Of a stretch of 64,000 bases of DNA, positions 49,466 to 59,500 are shown in pieces. The number at the start of each line of letters is the position of its first letter. Positions within the stretch are counted from its first letter, which is position 1. The position numbers were made by a program, and so were the translations under genes. This stretch comes from Raillietiella orientalis (lineage: Eukaryota). The stretch spans positions 3,844,001 to 3,908,000 of the forward strand of contig JAYWIR010000006.1 in NCBI GenBank assembly GCA_036172245.1. Reading direction: 5' to 3'. Below the pieces are notes generated by a model. It saw only the letters and a list, made by a program, of their open reading frames with translations, made no database searches and was not told where the DNA came from.

Positions 49466-50926
49466 TGGATCAGTGTGTTTCCACCCAATGTCTTGACGGA
49501 GGAAAAGTCACTGTTGTTCGTGAAGAAACTGATAGCGGTCGCTATATCGAATTTGGTGTATTTACGCTCCTTATTCCCGGAAGAAGCATTTGGAGATCGA
49601 AGTTTGGAAGGGCTGCACTTGAAGGTTCTCAAAGAGAACCCCGGATGCCCCGGTTCGAGTAGACTAATCAGTTGGATTAAAGGAGCATTCGATGCGATCG
49701 AAAAAAAATACGTAAGCGTGACGGGAAGAAAGTTCTTTCGATGGCTGCCTTTGCGTTTCACAGCTCCGGAAGCTGATTCTGGCCATATACACGGATCCCA
49801 AAGACCCCAACACTGTGATCGAATCGTACACTTTCCGTTTCGATTACTCTCCGAGCGACGGTGTGAAAATGACCTGCAGTGTTGCAGCGGAAGAGAAGAA
49901 TGCGCCGATCTGCGACAGCTCCACATACAAAGCCACCCTCGCCATGCTCCGGACCATCATCGTGCTGATCCAGTCGCTGAACCCTCTGCCCGACGACGTC
50001 ATCCTGACAATGAGGTTACTTTACTATGACGAAGGTGAGGTCAGCACCCACGGCCACCCACGTGACGCGCGATCCCCCAGTGACCCCTCCAAATTACGAG
50101 CCCCCGGGGTTCTTCGCATCGGATCAGAGCGAGTTCTGCTACCAGCAGGAGCCGCTGAGCATACGGCTGGGCGACGTGCAAACTTCTTTCCACAACCTGA
50201 AACTGCGGCTGCAGACGGCTCGCAACCAGTTTGCGGAGTTTGCCGCGACCGAAACCAACGAAGAAGCCGTGATGGAGGACTGCATTGCCCCTAGCCAAAC
50301 AGTATACCCGGGGTCGCCCGTCCACGCTCCTGACGTGGTCCGGTGCCCCTGCGGCGTGTCCCAGAACGACGACCTCATGATCCTGTGCGATGGGTGCTCC
50401 TCCTGGCAGCACGGCGCCTGCTTCGGGATATCGAGAAGTCGCTCTCCTCCGCAGCACCTGTGTGAGCTGTGCTGCACGGCAGACAAACTGTGCACCGACC
50501 CGCGGCTGCCGACGCTCTCGAAAGAGGACAGGCAGATCACCTGCCTCGTGCGCAGGGCTTTGCAGGCTTGCCAGGATTTCTCGCGCATCCTGCCATCCGG
50601 GATGGCTAGACGCCTGGGAACCGACTCCAGCCAAGCCACGAGGATCATAACGATTCTGGAAAAGGAGGGGGTGCTCCACCTAAGCAAACCCAAGGGGTAG
50701 GATTTCGCGAAATTCCGGTCCACGCCGGATGACTTTTTGCAGTGTGCTGCGCCTAGTCGACAAGGCCAAGCTGCAAGCTTGCGACATCTCGCAGTACTCG
50801 TACAGGCAAGCAGACGAAGAGATTGAAACCAAAACTGCCTGCATCTCCCTGGAATCCGGCGACAGGAAGCGCAAGTGCACCAGCACCGCGGTTGGCCCGG
50901 GAACACACCACCCCCACTGGTGTTAA
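49466..50926 (+). CDS. HORMAD1: Meiotic HORMA-domain protein (HORMAD/Hop1) with PHD finger and winged-helix region, at least 438 aa; exons 49466-49711, 49764-50034, 50081-50696, 50743-50926; first coding exon not located
   Basis: VFPPNVLTEEKSLLFVKKLIAVAISNLVYLRSLFPEEAFGDRSL, AFDAIEKKY|LRKLILAIYTDP and MRLLYYDE|VTPPNYEPPGF match HORMAD1/2. VRCPCG..MILCDGCSSWQHGACF..HLCELC is a PHD finger. Three phase-consistent GT-AG introns of 52, 46 and 46 nt. Confidence 0.93.
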
Positions 50927-51068
50927 ATATAGTTTCCTTTACTTATAGCACGATATCGACGCATTTGAGATCAGCATTTCACAAGAAGAGGACGGCCACA
51001 AGCGCAAGAAAGCCAGCACAGTCAAGGGCATCCACGTGTAAACTGGGACAGCGAAGAACGGATGCACG

Positions 51069-52025
51069 TCAGTGGAAGTGGTATTTGCGGGCCGAACGTA
51101 AGAAGGACCCCGGATGCTTCTCCTTGCACTCCCCAATAAACTTTTCACCTTTCAGCGTGACTATTTTATTGTCCCTGTAGCGGATCAGCTTCTTGGGCTC
51201 CTTGAACAAACAAAGAGTTGGCATGAGACTCACGTGGGAGGCCCCCCATACTTCTCGAATAGGGGGAGGTCGGTGCACCCTGCTGTCCTCCTCTTCACTG
51301 ATGTAGCCGTACTGACTGATCACGTGCTGGCGCATGGCCCTGTCGTCCCGCAGGGGAGACTGATCCTGGGCACCGGTCCCCTGGGAGCCAGGCAAGTCAC
51401 GGCATGGCATCCAAGGGCACCGCACTCACCTGGCTGCTCGCCCGTTCCTGGTTCTCCAGCAGTGCCTGGACTGCGGTGTAACCTGAAGACAGCTGCAGCA
51501 AATGCAGTGCCTTCTTGGGGGGCAAGTTGGGGAGCATTTCCAGCAACCGAACGTTAACGCGATAATCTTCTGCCTTCGAATCCTCCTTCCCTGTCTTTTC
51601 TTCGACGTCGCTTTTGCTTCTGGCGTTCACTTGCACTGCTGGTGCCTGCTTCGCACCTTTCAAGGGCCGCTCCCTGTCGGTTGCTGCGTTACCATCTTCG
51701 GACAGTCGCCATTTTCCGATAATATCTAACAGCCAGACACTCACAGCATCTTGGGGCACATTTTGTAATTCGGGCAGATACCCGGACAAAACTCCACGCA
51801 CAAACGAAAGATCGTCCTCTTGCACGCGCACGTCATCCAACTCTCGCACTATGCCAGCTATATAGGAAACGACAATCTCGTCGACTGACCTGGATGGGCA
51901 AAGCAAACGTCTGGCTGAAAGGCCGCTGCTATTTACCCGGTGCGGCAGGCCGGCAGGTAGGTCTGCAGGAGGTCGGCGAACGAGGCGTGGATCAGCTGAA
52001 TCAGTGCTTGCGGGCATTCAGCCAT
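51069..52025 (-). CDS. CUEDC2: CUE domain-containing protein 2, 269 aa; exons 52025-51937, 51889-51430, 51380-51252, 51200-51069
   Basis: VDEIVVSYIAGIV, a CUE-like segment LLEMLPNL..AVQALLE, and C-terminus HRPPPIRE|EPKKLIRYRDNKIVTLKGEKF...ARKYHFH match CUEDC2. GT-AG introns of 47, 49 and 51 nt keep the frame. Confidence 0.92.
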
Positions 52026-53399
52026 CGCGGCGGCGGCGGCGGTGGAGACGGCGCTGCTGCTGCTGCTGCACCCACTGCGAAAGTGTGCTCACCTGCTCGC
52101 CGATTGCTTATAAAAGCAAAATCCCGATATCCGGCCCAGGAGCTCCTTCCCGCAGACGCATCGCCGGGAACTCACTCCAGTGGGGGGAATCGTGCGTGCA
52201 CGTACACCGTACGGGACGGGGGTCCTTCAGGCAGTTCTTCTTTCACGCGCCAGAGTCGCCGCCTCCGATCGTGCACCCAACTTCATCCCCCAGGAACCTG
52301 GGGCGTCTGCGGAACCCACGCCTCGAGTACGCGGCACCCAGCGTTTGTGTACGGTTTTTTCGGCGGATGCTTATTGATTTTCGGAGTTGCCAGCGGTTCG
52401 AGTGGCACATGCGAAATCCTCGCTCCCTCGCTCTGATCAGTGCCATTCTCCGTCGAACACGCCTAAATCGCGAGAGCGACGCATCCTTCATCTCGTGAGG
52501 ATCATCATCTGAATTGACGTATTTGCTTTTTTTCCTTTTTTCTTTTTCCTTTCTGTTGCTGTCCATTAAGCATTGCATTTCACTCTGCGCCAAGTCAGGG
52601 AAAAAAGGTGAAATTTCTTTCGGTGTTGAACAAACTGCCGTGGTTCGATCCTTCTTTCCATTTTATTCCTTTTCCAAGAGTTACAGTGCCTTCGTTCCTC
52701 CTCCTGTTTCTGCCGTTCTCCCAGCGTATTTGTCGAAGGTTAACTTTACGTTGGCGCCGGCATCTTTTTTATCCGCAGTAACGCAACATTTTCGAAAAAA
52801 GTTCATAGCCATCGTCAGCCCTTTGCAAACTTTCAAAAATACCTGCGTCCGCTATGCCTAGATAGTTTTTTTCCTATTTAGAAATTCGAGGGAACTATTT
52901 TTTATCGATTGAAACATTGCCTCTGACGACTTATTCAACAAGGTGGAAAAAATATGTCCTTTCAAGTAGATCTTTAGAAAAAAAGCACACACACATTGCG
53001 TCCGTGACACACAGACATGCAAATAGGATCGAGAAAAAGCATGTTATTATCTGGGATGACGGTCCAGCATTTGTGAGTCTGGGATTGAGTCTCCGACATC
53101 TTTTTTCAGCACAGATTTGAGGCCAACTGAAGGAAATTACTTCAGCCTAATCACAATCTCATCAGCTTTTTAACGCTTATTACAGAAGACTCTTTCTTCA
53201 TACTCTTATTTCAATCCGATGCGGAAGAGTTCGAAAAAGTGATCCTCGACATGACCTTTCTTGATTCAAACGCACTTTGAAATTGAATCTGAGAGGGGGG
53301 TTTCCGCCAATACTCTACGAAGTTTCTGAATCCCTCACGAGGATCTGGGCAAGGGGAGGACTCGATGAGAAGCCCTCCCCTTGCCCACCTACCCATCCC

Positions 53400-54560
53400 T
53401 TGGAGTGGCTCCCCCTGTCACGGACGAGGTCCCCTCTCCCCGTGGCTCGCGCTCGCGGGGAGCTCTGCGCTGGACCTCGCTCCCCGACTCTCTTCCGCCG
53501 AGGGATGCTTGTCGGTGCGTCGACCAGCCATGCCCCTGCGGGGCCCTTCAGAGGGCAACCGAAGGGTTCCTAGGGTAGAACGACGGCCTCCTGGAGGTCT
53601 CCTCCGGACATGGGGACGTCGACCAGATGTCAGCGGCTGTCCTCGCCAGCTCGCGGGACGAAAGTGGGGAGGGCAGGCAGCGAGCGGCACGCCGACGCCC
53701 GAAGGGGCCCGCGGGTCTCGCCGTGGCGGCGGAAGCGACGGGGCTGCCGCCAGTAGCAGAAGGGCGCAAGGCGGGTCGCGTCCCGCCAACCGGAAGCTCG
53801 GCGACCTCCGAAATCGCCTCCTGCCGCCGCCGCTGACGACATCGTCACACCCGAGAAGGAAGCGTGCCTCGCGTGCGATCGGTCCGCACGGGGACCTCAC
53901 GAAGGGGGCCTCACGGGGACACCACGGCCACAGGGAAGCGTGCCGCGGGCGTTGGCAACTGGGCAGAAGGGTGGGGTCACTTCCAGTTTTTCGGAGCCGG
54001 GGTGACGATGGTCCGCTGTAGCCGTTTCCCCAGCATCTGGGAAGAACGGCGCCCCCTCGGGACGGAAATTCCCGGGCTCCCGGCTCGCCAGTCTGCGGAA
54101 AAGCAGGGAGCCGCAGCCAATCTTCTCTGACGTCCTCCTCCCGCACTTCCACCCCGTCTGCTCGCCAGCAGAAGACCCGGAACCCCTCGGGGCAGCGCCA
54201 TGGCGATGCAGATCCGCTTGGATAGCGAGGACTGGGGGAGCCAGGAACGGGGACCCTAAAGCCGCCTCAGTTCACCCGGGGAAACGAAAAAGCGTCTTCA
54301 GGCTCGCCATTCTTTCCTCCTGCCCCTCCTCCTCCGTCACCACGGCGCCGATGAGCGCGAAGGAAATACGATTCGGCCACTCGGTCGGTGTCCACTCCTG
54401 GATATCCGCGCTCCCTCGGTCGAGCTCTCTGACATCATCGGGTCACGTGACCGTTCGCAGCGGACGAACTTCCCTCCCCCTCTCCCCCCCCGCACGGAGG
54501 TTGCGCCGGCGTCGCGGTGTTTCCCGGCGAGCGCGTCTGCGGCGCCATCTTCCGTTTCAG
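53400..54560 (-). mobile_element. Decayed L1-like 5' part (ORF1 remnant)
   Basis: LAGRDPPCAL and WRGQPLTSGRRPHVRR resemble ORF1 'G.P.C..C..GH' knuckle lead-ins. Local DNA similarity to 57240-57270. Confidence 0.3.
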
Positions 54561-55849
54561 GCTCATTCGCCTCGCAGTAGGTCCGCGACTCCCGCATAGA
54601 GGGCGCCACGGTTGCCCGAGAGTCCGGCGCTCGCCCCGTGGCCGTTCCGCCTCGCGCCTCACCCGATTGCGGGCCAAACGGAAATGCTGGCGCTGCGACC
54701 GGACCGTTCGATAGAAAACGAGGAGAGCGACAACGAAACAAGATGTAAATGAATCTGTACAAATATACAACAGGATGCAACTGTATTTCTACCATCTTCA
54801 TCCATACACATGTAGTACATAAGTACGGGTTAATATTTAACCGAATGTATCAAACTTGCCATTTTTTGTAACATTCCTAATCGCATCTTCGGAAAAGGTG
54901 CTCTTTAATAATTTATGAATGTCGTGAATGTATAGGATATTAATAAGCATACGGCATTGTATACTGTAGTGAGGGTCAGAAAGACAGTTTTTATACGAGC
55001 TTTTAGAAAAGTGAATGATTTTTTAGCTTTTCCTACGTATGTGAACGAGTGGAGAGACTCCGACCGTGGTGGAGAGGCCACAACCACACATGGACAGCGT
55101 GCAAGAAGAAAAAAAGAGAAAGGTCCCTTCCCCCCCACGGAAAAGCAGTTTTCCCATTCGGCGTGCAGAAAAGAGTGGAGATTTGCGAGCCGCTGCTTTC
55201 CTGCCGAGGGGGCAAAAAGTCGATGGAGATCCAAAGTCCGAAGATCAGATGGGCGGCAGTCGTGGCCGGCTGCTCGCGGGACGCGGGCGGAGTGCGGCAG
55301 CAGCGAGCTCGTCGGCATGCACTCGCGCTTTCCAGCCCCCCTCCGGGAACGCCCCCTTGAAATATCCCTGCCCCCTTTCACACACCCCATCGTGTTCGCC
55401 ACCGAGACTCGCGGGGGGCGTCGCCGGGGCGTGCGAGCTCTCCGGCCAGCCCGCAGACCTCCAGCGCCGGACGTCGGAAGCCCCCCCCACGCTTGCGGCC
55501 CGTTTCCTATTCCTCCGCCGCTTCTCGGCGGCGCCTCACGTCCGGGTGCCGGGACGCACCCGGCTCCTCTTCCAGACCATCCTTGCGGCAGTAGCCGCGT
55601 GGGGCTGGGTCGTCACCTGACTGCTGCGGCAATCGGGGAGGCGGAGGCCGTCGCTCTTCCCCGGGGGCAAAACCCTTTGTCAGCCGCTGACGCGACTGCT
55701 GCCTCTGCTCGTGGCGCCAAGCGTCGCGGCTTCGAATCCCCCCCCCCCGTGGAAGGGTCGACACCCTGGGAAGGGAGGGGTGCATCGTGGATTTTGAGTC
55801 TCCCCCGCAAGATGGCGCTGGTTGGCCCATTCGGGTGCGACAACGGTGG

Positions 55850-56260
55850 AACACGTAAGTCCCCCCTGAGTGACAGGGATTGGGATTTGAACCTCCGGGG
55901 TCACATTCCAGGACATCAAGCAGCCCTTCGGGCTTCCCTTCCGGCTGTGAAAACGAAGCCGCATACCATGAAGCTGGTTGACACCCCCTCGGGGGGTCGC
56001 CTCTCCAGAGTGCCAGAAGCTCGCTGTTCCCTCCGGGGAAATTGGAAAGTGTTGCTTCGGGGTTTTCTTCAGGGGAGGAGGGAAGGAGCGGATCCTTTTG
56101 GGGGGTCCCTCCGGAGAGAACAAGAAGGGAGGTGGTTCCCTGGGGGTTCCCTCCCGAGCGTGAGAGGGACAGACTCCTTCCTCCGTGGCCCCTCCTGGAT
56201 TGAGGAGAGTAGTCACCCATCCGGGGTTAACCTCCATAAGCTGAAGATCACACGCACCCT
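55850..56260. repeat. Dispersed GC-rich hairpin-array element, copy 2
   Basis: GGAGCGGATCC...TCCCTCCGGAGAGAA units. Shares GCGTGAGAGGRACRGACTCC, TCCTGGATT and CTGAAGA..ACACGC with 11116-11216. Confidence 0.75.
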
Positions 56261-56499
56261 TGGGAGGCGTGGACGGCGTTATGGAGCTTGGTTCGGTTTC
56301 GGGCGTGTCGTCTGCCTGTCCAAGGCCGACCAAGGCCATCAGGCACGACCGCGCGGCGAACGCAGAGACCGGCAGAAAAGCCGAACGCCGCGGTGGGCCC
56401 CTAGCCGGGAGCACGCCCGTCTGCAGATTTCCTCCCCTGGTCCGAGCTCTCGGCGCTCCGGGCTGAGATCGAGATCGGAAGGAGGCGGCGGGAGCCACC

Positions 56500-57900
56500 T
56501 GCTGGCCTCCGCCGCTGCCCGCACTTCCGGGAAGGTGCGCTGAGACGGTAACTTCCGCAAAGGCGACCCAACGTGGGGGGGGGCGCCGCCGCCGCCGAAC
56601 CGAGGCGGCCGGAACGGGCGGTTCGGTCGCTCTCCGCGAGGCGCAGCGGATTAGACTGCGAGCGCAGCGCCGGGAGTCCGGAAGGTGGAGAAGACGCCAA
56701 GGGCGATGCCGAGGACCCAGAGCCACCTCGCTGTGCCCGTCGGCCACTGCGTTGCGCAGCGACTCAACTCACGGTTCCGAGACTCGGGCCACGCGCCGGC
56801 GCGCATCGCGCACGCCCTCAATCCGCCCTGGAAGGGGAGCGGTCGGCCCGCTCCGCCTTCCTTCTTCGGCACCGGCAGCCTCGAAGGCCGCCGGATGCCG
56901 CGCCGGCTCGGCGCCTTCTGCTCCCCCCGCTCGCGACCCCTTCGGGAACCGCGGAGGTGTCCGTCTCCGACGCTAAAGCCAAGGCGAGAACCAACGGAAG
57001 AGGCACAGGAAGATTCCGGGAAGAAACGGGGGCGGGCAGACGGGAGGGGTGGAGGAAGGACGACCAAGGGGAGACGTCCTTCTGGCGGACGGAAGTCCAG
57101 CAGCGCCTGGGTCCGCTGCCAGCACCTCGGAACGGCTGGCTGAAAGGGTCGTCAGTCGTTCCGAAGGCACGGGGCCATCCCCGACGCGATGGACTCCCTC
57201 AGGAAGAGGGGAGCGGGGGAGCGAAAGGAGCCCCTCCCTTGCGACCGGCGGCGCGCTTCCTCGCTGGGTTCACCGGCCGCGCGAGGGTGGCTTTTCCGTA
57301 GGCACCACCAAGGAGTGAAATCGGAAGATCGAAAGGCACAGCGCCTCGGTCCATCGGCGGGGGGGAGGGCTGGCGGCGGCGGCCAAACGAACGCGGGATC
57401 CGGGACGTGGAGAGGATCGAAAGGGGGAGAAAGTGCCGCGGCAGGGTAGCAGTGAAAGTAACTGCCGCCCCAGCCCAGGCAGAGGACGGAGCGAGTCCGG
57501 GAGCAGCCGGGAACGCCCGCATTCTCCTCCACTCGGCTGCCGGGGGAACGCGCGCGGCGATGCCAGCGCGAAGGAGCAGCTGGGAGAGAGGAGGGGATGG
57601 GGGGAGCCACGCGCTGCCCTAGTCCGCAGCCCTTCGAGGCATACGGCCGGGAGGAGATGAAAGGGAGACCCGCGCGTCGTCCGGTGAGCTGCCATGCGCG
57701 GGAGACCTCGGGGAACGCATCCGCGCCGGACCACGAGTCTCCCGCGAAGACGGCCGCCGCGGAGGGGACCGCGGCGCTGGCCAACGAGCTCGCCCCGAAG
57801 ACCCCGAGGGAGCCGCCGGCTCCTGGAGGAGATCCACGATTTCTCTTCGTTCGATCACCGCCTGCTGATCGAAGCGCCACCGCAGCCACGCCGCCGTCGC
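56500..57900 (+). mobile_element. Decayed L1-like 5' part (ORF1 remnant), divergent from 53400-54560
   Basis: MKGRPARRPVSCHARE resembles a decayed knuckle. Patchy DNA similarity to the minus-strand copy. Confidence 0.25.
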
Positions 57901-57929
57901 CCTTCACGACGTTTTCCCGCCGTTGCGAA

Positions 57930-58660
57930 GGCGTGCGAATGCGGCGCAGACAGGACCGTCGTAGTGATGCGGTGACAATGCGGCTGGTTATACCCATCGT
58001 TAGTGCCACATTTGGACGCCATTGTTGCGGCATTTTTTCCCCAACCTTGCGGCGCACTTTTCTGGCATTCAAAGCCTCGCCGCTTTGCTTCCATGGTAAC
58101 GGCGCTGCATTCGGATGAAATCATGGCACTGGATACGGTACCGGCGTATTTTTATCACCTTCGCGTAACACCCCTGCAGCATTTCGTCGCCTTCCGTATT
58201 CAGGATGTTTCCATGACACCGTCCAGCACTTCCGATTCGTGTTCGCACTATCGTCGTCCAGCGATGATGTATTTACGATGCTGGCACGACGATGTCACCA
58301 CGGACGCAGCAGCACTGTCGAGGTATTTCGCGACGCTTGTGACGGTGTCGTAAGGGTAGCCTCGCGTTTTCTTGGCAATGTGGTGGCATTCCGATGCGTA
58401 ACCGCGGCAAAGGAGCCATCTTTTTTTTTTTTTTGGCAGCGTTTTCCTCTCGGTTTCTTACGGTATCGTTAAGATATGAACAGTGCCGGTGTCCGTGTTG
58501 CCGCGGTGTTCCTCTGGCGTCCGTAGGGTTTCCCTTGGCGTTCGCTCCAGATATGTCATGGTATCCTTAAAGTGTTTATGGTGTCGCCAGCGTGCCCATG
58601 TAGTGTGTGTCCCTGTGGTGTCGGGCTGTTCACAGCATCGCCGTGTCGCCTTGGCAACTC
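57930..58660. repeat. Degenerate repeat with approximately 11-bp period (GGTGTCCCTTG-like)
   Basis: Units such as GGTGTTCCTCT GGCGTCCGTAG GGTTTCCCTTG GCGTTCGCTCC ... GGTATCCTTAA are visible at 58505-58571. Confidence 0.45.
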
Positions 58661-58771
58661 TGGCGCTCCCGCCGGGACGACACCCCGGCAGCTGCAGGAG
58701 GGAGGATCTCCTGAGGCTCCAAGGAAGGAACGAACCCGTCGATGGAACACCCACCCCTGTGCTCTCGCCTT

Positions 58772-59500
58772 TTATTGGTCGGGCTGCACGGAGGGCACCG
58801 GGCTTGACCTCTCCCTGTCCCTCTCGGTCCTAGGAGCAGCGCGCGCAGCGTCCTCCGGAGAGCGATCGTTAAAACAAGATGTGGTATTGCAGAAGTACCC
58901 TTTCCTCTGGAAAGGAGAAATCGCGATGAGGTGGTCACTTCCAGGTCGATGTCCGCGTACGCCGGAGGGCTTCTTTGCGACTCGCGAGATTCTTCCTGCT
59001 CGTCCCCTTCCCCCTCCGGGTGCAGCGGAGAGATCGTGGGGAGGGGGCGGCTGGGCCCTCTGAAGCACGATCGGACCTCCTACGCGACGACTGGAGGCTT
59101 GTAGACGCCGCCGCCGCTGCGAGAGGGTGCTCTCACCTTCTCCTGCGGCTTCCCTCCCTTCCGCCGGGATGAGAGGGAAGCGGCATGGCTCTCGCAGGAG
59201 GCGAAGGGTGGAGGAGGGGGCTTCCGCGTCCACCTGGGCAGCACTGCAGAGTCCAAGCGCTTCCGCGGAAGACGCGGCGGCGGCGTTTCCCGGCAACCGC
59301 TCTCGGATTCGCCGAAGAGCGACCGGAAAGGGGCGAGGCGGCCGAGAGAGGACCCCGCAAGCGTCCTCCTTCGCGTCTCCCCGGACCACCCCTTCAGAGG
59401 CGACGGAAGCGGAGGACGGGAAGCGCCGCCCTCTGGGAGCGCGCCGGCCGTCGCCTGAGGCGCCCGCCCTTCCTCCCCCGCGCTCCCGGGGGGTTGCAGA
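58772..59500 (-). mobile_element. Decayed L1-like endonuclease region
   Basis: GSDHLIAISPFQRKGYFCNTTSCFND resembles the L1 endonuclease end 'SDH......G.GYW..N.SLL.D'. Confidence 0.4.

Noticed and set aside
54957..56543. 528-aa ORF, and similar long Arg/Gly/Pro-rich ORFs such as 10141-11121, 55680-56747 and 60540-61511
   Set aside because: GC-driven composition with no domain motifs. They run across repeat boundaries, and the frame is not conserved between the two hairpin-array copies.
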